64,000 nt of DNA from Enoplolaimus lenunculus. Lineage: Eukaryota. Positions 1 to 11,900 of the stretch are shown in pieces (positions within the stretch are counted from its first letter, which is position 1; each line of letters begins with the position of its first letter). The notes under the pieces are model-generated. The model did no database searches and was not told the DNA's origin. It worked only from the letters and a program-made list of their open reading frames with translations. Position numbers and translations under genes: made by a program. Where the stretch lies: the NCBI GenBank assembly GCA_030248215.1, contig JASANG010003930.1:372001-436000 (forward strand), written 5' to 3'.

Positions 1-24
1 GGACAGATGAGACAGTTGGGATGG

Positions 25-100
25 ATATGTGTATATATACATATATATAATATATATACATATATATTATACATGTATATATAATATATACATATGCATA
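25..100. repeat. (AT)n-rich microsatellite
   Basis: Imperfect TATA/TACA run; a similar run lies at about 48685-48752. Confidence 0.7.
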
Positions 101-1285
101 AGTGTGCACTCCGGGTATATTTGTATCCCGGACAATTGGGACGGCCTTTATAGTAACATGGGCCCTAAAAATGATGGTAATTAGTTAATTTTAGCCAATA
201 TCTGCAATATGTTGTTTGGTTTTACGTTTTCTGCAAAAAAATCCAGAAATTCTTTTCTGAAAACTGACAAAAGTAAAACGAAATGCCCTAAACAGATAAA
301 TTCTGCAAAATGTTACTGCCGAAATTGCCCGAACCTTCGGAAAAATTTTACCGGAGCCAGAGGCCGATTTTCTGCCGGAGCCAAACCTCAGGTTGTACCC
401 CGGCAAAAACTAATTACCAAATTTTGCTTCACCTCCGACTAAGGCACAACTTGTTGACCTCCGGTTCCGAGTTCCATCTTTTCACCTCTGGTTGCATCCT
501 GAATACATATCGACGTAACAAATTTATTTCGTACTGTATAGTTCGCTTATGTGATGTCCACTCAACTTTCCACAATAAAAACACCAACATAATGAATTTT
601 ACTTCAGCACATCATTGTATGTATCGCTGACAAAACTGATATATAAGAACGTAGTTCGTGGCACTAATTTTGCAGCCACCACCAGAGTGCAACCAGAGAT
701 GAAAAAAACGGAGCCGTTGTTGCCAGAGGTAACGACGAAAAACTTATTAAAAGCTATAACAACGATAACCACGGGTTAAATAAGACTGGCAGAGGTTGAA
801 AAGGTATAACGAACCATGAAACTCAAGGAGGAGGATAACACTTTGGCGGGACGACTCAAAAAATTTATTGAAACTCAGCTTTTGTTAAATATTTGACGTA
901 TATTTTGCAGAACTTGTATATAAACGGCAAATGAAAACGCAAAACCATCATCGAACTATACATTTTCCGTTACATTCAATTAGCAGTAATTCCATGGAAC
1001 AAAAAATATTTGTAATTAAGTTCCGGTGACAAACTGAGTTTTTTTAATGTTCCTGCTTCCTTTGAAATGTACTTACTGCTACAGCCCAGCAGAACAACCA
1101 AACCTGCAAATATTGCTGGCATAGGATAAAAAGTCAAGCAATTTCTTCTTTGCTAAATATTAGTAAATTTCTACGATTCGCTTCCAGCAACACAGCCTTC
1201 AACCCTAAAAGTGCAAGCTTCTGCGCATAGTTATCGAACTCCTTGTCTAAAAAATGAGGGTTGTTCCCCTACGTTCGAATTGTGT

Positions 1286-1460
1286 GTCCATGTATAGCCG
1301 TGGGCCTTAACAGTAGTTGTACAAGCATATTCCTAAGCATAAGCGTCAGCATAAGGAAGATAAGCGTTAAATAAGCTTAGGCCTAAGCCTAATCAAATAT
1401 AGTACAAAGCTTATGCTTCCTCCATTGTAGTACGCGGAAAAACGGTGACAGGGCATGTTG
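1286..1460 (+). mobile_element. Degenerate copy of the telomere-like-repeat MITE family
   Basis: GTCCATGTATAG..GGGCC..AACAGTAG..AAGCATATTCCTAAGC and CTAAGC units match the intact copy at 61275-61471; boundaries approximate. Confidence 0.6.
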
Positions 1461-1516
1461 TTGTTTTGAATCTCAAAGCAATTACACGCAGCACAATAAC
1501 AAACAATTCATCGATT

Positions 1517-3319
1517 TTAAATACGAGCACGTTTCACAGCATTCCAACATTCGGACGCAAAATGATCCGCTTCCATAAGCCACGTCATTGCAATTAGCTT
1601 CACGTCTCCATGCTCAGAATTGTCAGATACTTTTAGCTGAACATCTTCCCCAAATGAAACGATATTGTTTTCGACTGTGAGTAACCTACTCGCTGGCAAC
1701 GTTTGATCCTGAGACACAGCGCGCGCAAGCAGATCTGCAAACTGTTGGCAGCTGCCAGAGTAAACTCGTTTGAGAGATTGTCGAAACTTCACTGGATGAT
1801 GCCTTAAGCCTAGAGCAGCAAGCGCATGCTTAGGGTCAAGTATTCTCAGATCACCCTGTGGACTAAGTACTAGAGTTCCATTAAACGGGCAAGCTCGTTT
1901 ACTTGGCAACGGATCGCGATCTAACGCTCGTTTAATAACTTTTCTCGAGGCGTCCACTACAATAGATGGTTGCGTCTTGCAAATCACGCTTTCGCCGTTC
2001 GCAGGAGTAAATACAGGCACATGGAACTCTTGTTCCACTTTTCCACTCAAAAATATCATCTTGTCTTTCTCACCGTGTACAAACATAACGTTTTTTGGTT
2101 GACAATTTTTAATCAACTGCATAATACCTTTCGCATCTGCGTGCGCAGAAAACGACATATACTCGACTGCCAATTTAACTTCAATATCGCGACCGCCATC
2201 TCCAGCGATACGTTTCGCACCAGAAATCACTTGATGCCCAACGGTTCCTGCTACGCAATAACCAGGCATAATGATCATATTTTTTTCGTCCGAACACCAC
2301 ATTTTGAACAGTTTCAACGAAATACCCGAATGTAACATTCCCGGAGTTGCAAATACAACCATAGCGCCAGGTGCATCAGCGTACGATTTATCAAACGGTT
2401 GAATATGTTTAAAGTCGAACATATTTCGAGCAACAAATGTTCGTTTAATTTTTTCATTCGTCCAATTAATGAATAATTTGTAGTAATTTGTCGCTTTTTC
2501 AGTCAAACCCATCGTAAAATATACGGGTACTTTAAGCGCCATCCGTTCCCAATAGGTTTCAATTAAAATACATAGCTCTTGTGCCCGACCCAACGCAAAC
2601 ACAGGAATCAGTACTTTGCCACCTTTGTCGACACAGTCGTGAACTTTTTTTAAAAAATCGCGTTCCCGGGCCCGTTTCGAGTCACGTATTGTTGTTGCAT
2701 ACGTTGACTCCGAAATCAGTAAATCAGGCATGCATCGGTCAATCTGAGCTGCACCTAAATGCCGATCAGGTGTCATATTATAATCACCCGTGTAGACGAA
2801 ACTTTCGGCTCCAACTTTTACACGAAACATCGCAGCGCCGAGCACATGTCCAGCGTAATACGGCTTCAATTCAAGCTCATCATCAACATGTACAGTTTCG
2901 TGTAAATTAACAGCGGTCACTTTTTTCATACAATCTTTGATCATTTCCGTCGTAAAAAAGTTCACTTCACCTTTGCGTTCAACTTGAACCTTGCGGTAAT
3001 CTTCAAGCAGAACAGGACATATTGCTTTTGTCGGATGTGTCATGTATATTGGTCCGTTAAACCCAACCATTTCGGTCATGTACACAAGGGCACCACAATG
3101 GTCTAGGTGAAAATGGCTAATGATAACACAGTCCAAATACTCATCAAGAGATCCACCGTTTTTTGAAATGTATGAAAAATCTGGGAAGCGTCTATCGTCT
3201 GAATAACCCATGTGCATACCGCAATCGAGCATTATATTTTTGCCACCAATGCTGACCAATATACAACTTCGGCCAACATCTTGACCGGCACCCAAAGGTA
3301 CCACATGAATTTCTGGCAT
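1517..3319 (-). CDS. INTS11: Integrator complex subunit 11 (CPSF3L), metallo-beta-lactamase/beta-CASP RNA endonuclease, 600 aa, single coding exon
   Basis: Uninterrupted ATG-to-stop ORF. N-terminus [51 protein letters not shown] is characteristic of INTS11 rather than CPSF73. Motifs HFHLDH, GHVLG, YTGDY, FSAHAD and VHGE are intact. Confidence 0.96.
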   Translation of the reverse strand: MPEIHVVPLGAGQDVGRSCILVSIGGKNIMLDCGMHMGYSDDRRFPDFSYISKNGGSLDEYLDCVIISHFHLDHCGALVYMTEMVGFNGPIYMTHPTKAICPVLLEDYRKVQVERKGEVNFFTTEMIKDCMKKVTAVNLHETVHVDDELELKPYYAGHVLGAAMFRVKVGAESFVYTGDYNMTPDRHLGAAQIDRCMPDLLISESTYATTIRDSKRARERDFLKKVHDCVDKGGKVLIPVFALGRAQELCILIETYWERMALKVPVYFTMGLTEKATNYYKLFINWTNEKIKRTFVARNMFDFKHIQPFDKSYADAPGAMVVFATPGMLHSGISLKLFKMWCSDEKNMIIMPGYCVAGTVGHQVISGAKRIAGDGGRDIEVKLAVEYMSFSAHADAKGIMQLIKNCQPKNVMFVHGEKDKMIFLSGKVEQEFHVPVFTPANGESVICKTQPSIVVDASRKVIKRALDRDPLPSKRACPFNGTLVLSPQGDLRILDPKHALAALGLRHHPVKFRQSLKRVYSGSCQQFADLLARAVSQDQTLPASRLLTVENNIVSFGEDVQLKVSDNSEHGDVKLIAMTWLMEADHFASECWNAVKRARI

Positions 3320-3493
3320 AGTAATATTAGACTGCGTTGAATTTGGCGATTATGTAGTATATTGTAAATAAAATAAATCACTAGAATACGTAGTTTTGAA
3401 GTATATATAAAATAAACCTACTTTAAATTATTTTTGTGGCATATTTAACATAATACCATTGCCAGCTCTTTTCCAACATTTAAACATTTACAC

Positions 3494-3940
3494 CAGGATG
3501 CAACCGGAATTATAAAATACTGGAACCGGAAAGTTAAAAATAACGGAACCGGAAAACAAAAAATACTTGTTACCGAGAAACTAATTTTTCACGCTATTAT
3601 ATGACTTTTAATGGTGTGAATACACCATTTAGAATGCCAAAATCCTGAAACCAAATGCAGCAGGTGGAAACGTATGATAAATTTTGGAGTAGATATGACA
3701 CAAATTGAAAATATTTTCAGACAAGTTAGAAAAATAATTACAATATGCCAATTGTTCTTAAATTTTCGAATGAGAACAATTTTTAACACCGAAAATAAAG
3801 AAAATTATGAAAAAAATACCGGATTTTTTACCGGAACCGGACAGTGAAAAATACCGGATTTCCCTACCGGAACCGGACAGTGAACCATACCGGATTTCCC
3901 TACCGGAACCGGACATAAGTTGACCGGTCTTAAACCGGAT
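3494..3940. mobile_element. hAT-like MITE remnant with ACCGGA subterminal repeats
   Basis: Begins CAGGATGCAACCGGAA; contains about 36-bp tandem units CCGGAACCGGACAGTGAA..ATACCGGATTTCCCTA; similar to 41920-42385. Confidence 0.6.
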
Positions 3941-4080
3941 GGCCAATGTTAATCTTTAATGAGTGTAACAGTAGATTAAGCGTATTCCTAAGTCTAAGCC
4001 TAAGCGCTGCAAAAATGAGTTCCTAAGCCTAAGCGTAAGCAAGAAAATGTAATCTAGAATCTAAACCAACTTTTTATAGA
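3941..4080 (+). mobile_element. Degenerate copy of the telomere-like-repeat MITE family
   Basis: GGCCAATGT..GTAACAGTAG..TATTCCTAAGTCTAAGCCTAAGCG..CCTAAGCCTAAGCGTAAGC. Confidence 0.6.
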
Positions 4081-5024
4081 CCCACCAGAAACCTGGACGC
4101 CCCTTAAAATAACATGGGCCAACCGGATAGTGCGACACAGCAGCATTAGATGAGCGAACCGTTAAGGAATTGCGGAGATGTCCGGTCCACACCCCCATTA
4201 CGCAGTAGTAAAGCAAAACCTACATTAAGTATAGAAAAAAGATGTACCTAAACGCAAAAGCTGCTGGAATTGCTAAGACGGTATTCCGAAACCTCCGGTA
4301 AACATTCTGATGGAGTTGAAGATTGATGTTCCACCGGTGACCGAGGAAGACCTTCGGTTGTATCCTGGTACACCACTATAAATGACTACTGATCCACTAA
4401 GTTTAGGTTTGCTAATCTAAATCTAACTTAGCCAAATCTTTATAAAATGTAAAAACGCCTAATATTCAAAGAATTATAATTGCAGTTACAATAGCGCATA
4501 CAAAATACATCTTCAAAAATTAGTAAGAGTACTCATTAGTATTGAGCGTAGTTTACGGACATGTATCCAAAAAGAAGTATAATTCCAATATCCAAAATGC
4601 CTTTGCGCAACAATTCTTTAAAATAAATTTGCAATTTTTACCAATACGTAACCGTCAGTTCACTAACTACAATTTTTGTAGAAAGTCCCAAAATACGCAT
4701 AATCCGCTCCAAAAAAGTTAAACATTAATTTAACTTACGTCGTTCGACAAGTTATTTTGAGACACAAATTTGTATTTTTGGAAATTCAATTTGTCTAAAC
4801 GAAACGTACGAGGGTTTTCGTACGGCTTTCAAAGGTTTACGCCGTTTCAGTACTGTAGGATAACAATTTTAGCCTAGTTTGAGAATCTCAATTGATGGGA
4901 TCACTCAATGACAAAACTTAGCTAAACTTTACTGACAGAGTGTTAATATTAGTGAATTTAACTTTTTAACGTTTTTGAAGTATAGTTTCATAAATCCGGA
5001 ACCTTAAACAAAAACCGAAAGCCA

Positions 5025-5191
5025 AGGTCCGCGCTAAAATCAGGGGCAGAACGTTTTACTGCTACACAGCAATAGAGTAAGCTTATGCTTTGTACTGATT
5101 TTTTTGCTTTAGCTTAGGTTCAATCTCATTCTTACGCTTAGGTTTAGGAATATACTATACTACTGTTACGACCATGTTCTTTATATTGGCC
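5025..5191 (-). mobile_element. Degenerate inverted copy of the telomere-like-repeat MITE family
   Basis: Ends TACTGTTACGACCATGTTCTTTATATTGGCC (reverse complement of the family left end); contains GCTTAGG units. Confidence 0.6.
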
Positions 5192-5955
5192 ATCAAGAAT
5201 TCAGTCTACTTGGAAAATGATTGGTAAAGCACAAAAAATCTTGATGCCGTAATTATTTCTCCAAATAGTCAGTAGCGAACCACTTTATATCAAAATACCA
5301 GAAACATTTTTTTGCGTTAGTCCAACTATACTTTTAGCTCCAGAAATATATTTTTAGATATATCGCTTTATACATAGTGACCATAGAATCGATGTCACTA
5401 TTACTATTAGCAAAACATCCATCAAACAAAAAATTGGCATAAACATTTATTTTCCAGTATCTTATAGTAACAACACGGCTATAGATAATTGGTTGTTTCA
5501 GGTTGCTTAAAAATAGGAAACACTTTACCACAAAAAATACACTAGATTACACATGTATCTAAATTGCTACAAAATAATCGCCGAACTTGGATAGGATATT
5601 TCACAAAATTTTTACAATAATTTTGAAAAATTCCACGTTACAACTGCGACTGCGGCTTCGTAGTCGCCCCTGGTTCTGGTTTAAGTAATCGCAAGCAGTT
5701 TAACAGTCACTGTTTGTAACGCGATCGCAAAAGCATTTAATTTTGTCAGTGACTACAGTTTTTATCAGCTTAAAAATGCTTAGTAATTTTAAAAAGATGA
5801 GGCAGGCACAACGAAGAAACCGAATGACATATATCGAATATAAAGGAAAATTAATCCACCGTTTCAGATGCACGAGTGTTAAACACTGTTTGATCATACA
5901 TGTTCTGTTTAAATAAACAATGGTACTTAGGCAAAAATTAACTTAACACATTAGT

Positions 5956-8900
5956 TTATGACTGAGAATCCGCCTGTCTAAATTTTTGACCCAACGAAAG
6001 CTTCGGTTCGCTGCTTTTGGAGTTCGTTTGGTCGGCTGCGTACAAAATATCGCCAAGAGTAGCTTTTGTTTGCCTTTGAAGCTGATCTTTAGTTTCCGAT
6101 TCCTGGCGTCTATAGTAAGCTGGCGTCCCGTCTGCTTCTTCAAACTTTTGAGGGACACCAATTTTCAACGAACAAGACCTGGGTGCATTTGCATTCTTAT
6201 TATGCCACTGCCCGTATTGCCGCGCGATTGAAGTTGGCAAACGATGCGTCGAGCTAAAAGGGCTCGGATAAAAACAGGGTTTGGGGTATTTTTTATTACC
6301 ACCCGAATAAACTTCTTTCCATAAATTTCCGCGGCGAGAACCCAAAGATTCTGAACCAACAGACATGCTAGGATAAGATTCCGGCGTGTGAGATGATTCA
6401 ATGTGCGTTGCTTGTCTACCACCATGAACTCGTAGATCAGATTTTTGGCGTGACTGAACAGGCTCATTACAGCGCGCCGTGTTTTCACTAACAGGTACCG
6501 TTCGGCCAGCAGTAAACAAACTCGGTATCGCTATCTCCCGTCCGTTGCGTTTTTCAATCGGTGCCGCGGCAGCAAACGTCGGTTCAATGCGGTGTTCTGA
6601 ATGCCGTTGATCAGCCGTTGGCATAGTGTGCTCTTCAAACTCGGTAAGACTGTCGTGCATATGAAGTTTCGTCTGAGACCTGTCTGTTGAGTCAACACAG
6701 ACCAAGCTACTGCCACTTTCAATTGCACAATTTAAATCGTGCTCTTGTAGCATGTCTGCATAGTCGCTAATGAGCAGATCTTCACCAAGCTCGACTGTCA
6801 AATCAGGCGATTCTAAGCCGCTAGCTTCTTGATGGTTATAAACAAAACCTTGAGCAGTGTCGTCGTTTAAATCATCATCGTAATATCCAAGACCTTCCAC
6901 ATCTTCCGAAATAATATGTTCGTTCGTTCCATAACAAGGTTGGAACAGAACAGGGTTCTGAACAGTACCAGCTGCATAACTACTTCCATAAAAGTTTTTG
7001 GATTGCCCAGTCCAACTGATCGGAGGTGCATCGCCATGGATATTGTCGTACGTATATTCTTCTCGTTCCGATTCGTTCAAACTACCAACTTCGACTGATG
7101 GCGCCACATTTCCTGAACGATCAAGCTGTCTTTCACGACGAGGGTTTGAAGGAAATTCCGACAAATCGCGACTGAAATTGTCTCGAACGTTACGATCAGA
7201 CTCCAAATCATCGTGATGGCTCCTATAATAAGATGGTTCATGGCTCGAAACACTACTTGATCGCTTGGAATATTCATCGCGTTCCATAGCGTGTTGCCAC
7301 TCATCTCCGCACTCTGGATTGCATTGATGACCTAATTTAACATAATCCAACTCTCGCAAATCTTCAAACTCGAATTCGCCATGTGGTTGTTGTTGTTGTT
7401 GTTTTTGATGATGTCGATGTTGTTGCTGCTGCTTTTGTTTGGCGCTGTCGCGACCACCGCCAAATCGAGTTTGTATGCGATCACTGTCGTATTCCCTGAA
7501 AACATTGTATCTTCCAAATGAGCGGTCACCATTCCTTGAGCGCGTATAATTCGACTTTTCTTCGCTGTTGCGGTGCATACGTCTGCCTTCGCCACGGCCA
7601 TCTGGTGATCGTTCGCCTGAAATAGCTTTATCAATACTCCGGTTCCTCTGTTTTGAAGAGTATCTCGATAGCGATTTTCCACTTGGACTTTTAGAGCGAC
7701 GATTGAATCTTGTACCACGATTCGGCGTAGGTGACCTATGCCGTTTACGTTCACGTAAACGATCTTTCACATCTCGATGTATTTTCTGCAGTTGTGAAAC
7801 GCGCTTCTTCGACGAATCAATGTGAGTTGGCCCTGCTTTACTCAAAGCTTCGATCGATGTCTCGTACCTCAAGTCATTTCGGTTTTGAACAGGTTGAGCT
7901 ATAGACTTGTTTTGGCATATATTTGCAGGAATCACTTGTTTTGAAGACGGCTTAACTAATTGCTGAAGTTGTGAACCACACTCTGCCGTTAACTGTTGGC
8001 GTTCAATGTTTTGCTCAGGCAGCCGAGAACTCGAGTTGGAAAAATTTTCGGCACAATTTCTTATGTTTTGTTCTTCACTGTGCTGGGAAATCTTACTCTG
8101 CTGAGATTTTGTTAAGGACGAAGTTTTTGTTACCGGTAATGTTTCCAATTTAGATGCGACAACCGTTGACTGAATTATCCGCAGTTCTGGTTCCGCGGGT
8201 GGGGGTGGCGGAGGAGGAACTGCCATCAAAGCGACTGAGCTGGAAAATGGTGGCGGGCAAACTATTTCTTCAGATGGCAAATAGTCTTCCATCCCAGGCG
8301 GCACAATGTTTTGAGCGTCTCGAAGTTTAGGCTTTGGTGGTGTCAGAAGTTCGCTTGATAATGCACATGGAGCTTTAACTATCTTTTGAGGCGTTAACAA
8401 CAGAGATCGTCTTGTACGCGTTAAACAAGCCTCCTGTGTACTTAACATTACTTCTGGTGTAGGCACATTCGTACAACTTACCGATGGATTAACACCGTCG
8501 TTCGAGCTCGCATCACAATCTGGCCGGCGATCAGAACGTACTGTTATAGGCGGTGCCGGTTTCGAGGCATAACTTGGGCTTTTAGAACCCGGGATTACTC
8601 CCAGTATACCAGTAGGTACACTTTGGTGGTTGTGTTGCTCACGGATACGTTGCCAGTTCGCAGCGCCACTAGCAATGACTTTGTACCGTTTTCGAACATT
8701 GCTCATAATGGACACAGGTTCCGTCGACAAAACAGGCCCGACTCTTGCAAAACGACGACGAGGACTTTCGACGCTCGAATTGGAACTATTTAAATTCGTT
8801 GAGGGCGATGATTTGGGAACAAGCGATGAACGTTTTTCCCAATGAACATCTTTGACACGCATGTCGCTTTGCACAGAATTATTGCGATTGCAACTTGCCC

Positions 8901-11900
8901 TTTGATATTGTGTTCGATCAAATTTTGATTCGTCTGAATGAAACTGGACGCCATTACTGTTCAGTACGTGTAGCGGTTCATATTTCCGTTTAACACCATG
9001 TTTGGCAGTTTCGTTACTTTCGTCCGGCTGACTTGATCCTCCGCGAGCGTGGTGCGAAAACGAGGCACCATTATCAGTACCTGAATGATGATGGGACTGT
9101 GCAGAACCAGACCGATGTGGCTGCTGCTCTGGTTGGCTTGCAACCCTTGGCTGTAGGCTACTTTTTGAAACTTCAGCCATATGCTTTTCGCAGCTGACAA
9201 CGTCGCCAATATCCCGACAACTGATTTCCGCCTTACCAGGAAGCCCACTGTCTTCAGATTTGTTTCGTGACACAATCTCTGAAAAAGCACTTTGCTTACC
9301 TTGAGTTACACTCGTCGTTCGATAATCTTTTCTAGCTTCGAATGAATTTCCTCCTGCCGCTAGCTCTACAAGCGTCCTTAGTTGTGACTTTGGCACAGAA
9401 TGCGGATTTGCTATGAAACCGGAAAAACCACAATCTGTGCGGGGGGCGGCTGTATCCTCTCTAAATTGTGACCTAACAGAAGTTGATATACCAGGCCGTA
9501 AATATCGTGTCCTGTTGACAATAGTGTCACTAGAGTCAGTATTATCGTGTGATCGGTGACGGACATCCGTTTTCCTGACATTATATGCTATTGCTTTCTT
9601 TCGCAAAATATTAGCTGATATTCTGGCCACAGACATGGCCCGTTTTGAAGACCATTGTTGGCGAGCGCATAGGCTAGGTCCAATCCGGCTCCCATAACTT
9701 GATCCATGGTAGAAAGTTCCGCGGTTACGACGCGACGCTGTTCGAAAACCAAAATTTCGACGTTTAGTGAGAAATTTAACTGGCAGACGTCGAAATCTAC
9801 GCTCGATGATACGCCTTTGACGCTCAAGATGTGGAAACAATTCTTGACACTTTTTAAGCGCTGCTTCGGCTGCACCCATTTCGGCCTGTTGCACACTGTG
9901 ACCTTCGCCTGAAAAAATCAAAAATGGCTTTTGACTATGGTAGCAATATTCTAAGCAAAACTCCGCGAATGTATACTGCTAAGCTCAATTCATGACGGAA
10001 TTTAATCCAAGTATTTAGTTGCGCTCTGAAATAAGGCATTCAAAACTACTAATAAGTGTTTTTATCGACTGAATGCTGTAGCTCATTTAAAAACTGATTA
10101 TGACGCACCTGCGGCATAACTAACCTGTTGCAAGACGTTTGCCGCGAAAGTATACAGCGACGGTGTAAATTCTTGTGTTGGTTGGACCTTGCTCTTGAAT
10201 CACCTTATACTGTGGGATATCAGGTTCTCCACCATTGGTCGACCGTAATGTTAAGCAACATTGCTGCAGCTGAGATTTGGCATCGTTCCATTTTTGTGTT
10301 ATAATAAAGTACTAAAAAATAAACAACAAGCTTTAATTCAGTTAAAGCTGGAACCATCTAAACATTGGCGTGTGATCTTGGTCCTATCAACAGAGACAGA
10401 TACTCATGACGTCAAAGCAGTAAACTATAAAAAATTCTGTTAACGAAGGTAAACAATACGTTCAGTATTTACATACAGGTATAAATCGTATCCAAGCTGC
10501 AAAATAAAAAGCATACCGTACTATTAATCTTGAAGACAACATATTATACAAAACACCAACCTTAAGACGAGGAAAGAAACAGACTTTGCAAAACACTTTT
10601 GCCGCTTCTAAACCTTGATCAACATACATCGCGCCAATGAATGCTAAATAGTTCAGTAAATATACTTTAGTTCTCAAACATTTGCCAACATTAACTCTCA
10701 GTTATTAATAATGCAATATATTATATCAATGCTTGAAAATCATATTAATCACATGAGAGTTCAACCGGAATTCCTGCAAAAATTCAAGTTCTATTCCGGT
10801 TCATGTTCCTGCATTCAAAGATGTAGGAACAGGAATTTTTACGGTTTTGCGGCAAATTATTTTTAATCATTTAAATACTGGCAACTCTGCCTATGAAAAA
10901 TGGTTATTTCGACATGTGTGTTTTTGCAGTTACTGCAATTTCTTTGATAAACCATTTCTGTTGTATTTTCACCAAACTTGATGATGAAATAGCTGAAAAT
11001 TCGCTTAAACCATCAAAATTATTTCAAATTCCCATTCCTGTTCCTGTTCAGGCAAAATAGAGACACTGCAATATTCTTAGCTGAAAATTTTAATACAATT
11101 TAACAGTGTTCAAACCGATATGTAGGTAATTAAAACCAGGGTATCGGTATTTTTGTGAGCATACCGATTCACCGCCTTTGGTTGCACAGGGCCATTTTAC
11201 TGGAGCGTGTCATACAGGAATGCTCAGTGAAAATTAGAATTTGCTAAGATGGGTTCATGACAGCAATATCTTTGAAGCTTGAACAAATTAAAGTTACAGT
11301 AGATGAAATGCTGGAGTACAGCCGCAAATGCTGCTGACTCCTACGGGAGATAGATTTCAAAGCACATAAGTAATATCTGCATTAGTCACAGGCAAATTTT
11401 GTTTCCAATTTTGATGTTTTGTGGAATGTTGTAGAAGTCAAGTACCGGTATCGTATTGGCATATCGGAATTTTGCAATATCGGTTTAGCATTACGTTCAC
11501 ATTGCCATTTATTCACCTCATTTAAAAAGTGTAACGAATAATAATTCAATAAACGATAACAACCAAAATCAATTGGTTTTATGTCAACATGAACAGCAGT
11601 GTTATTACATGATTGTAACACACCACACATATTTTCACATGTTTAAACCGCAAACCTACATTCAACTAAATCTGCCTTGTCCTTCATTCGTAGCACTTCT
11701 TTGGGTTCGGAATTGACCATCGCTTGCGGACGAACAACAAATTCCCCAAGACCAATGTCATCACAAATCACAGACTGAGTTTTATTGTTTACAAGACAAG
11801 AACGTAACAACTGAAAATATGGAGAACATACAAGTACAGGTTGTATTATTTGTTTGATAGCTTCGATATTTAGGGTGGCGCTGTACTTTTGATGACGTCT

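Noticed and set aside
1970..2910. Plus-strand ORFs over INTS11 (and similar ones over Drosha exon 24)
   Set aside because: Antisense or alternate-frame shadows of real coding sequence.
1517..3319. CPSF73/CPSF3 or bacterial beta-CASP (horizontal transfer) assignment
   Set aside because: The GQDVGRSC and [14 protein letters not shown] signature and the length fit animal INTS11.
3820..3915. CRISPR-like array of about 36-bp repeats
   Set aside because: Head-to-tail repeats without unique spacers, inside a MITE in eukaryotic DNA with no cas genes.
5956..9921. 1321-aa ORF as a stand-alone gene
   Set aside because: Its listed start is a TTG inside the intron acceptor tract, and its first 40 or so residues complete the Drosha dsRBD in phase with exon 23.
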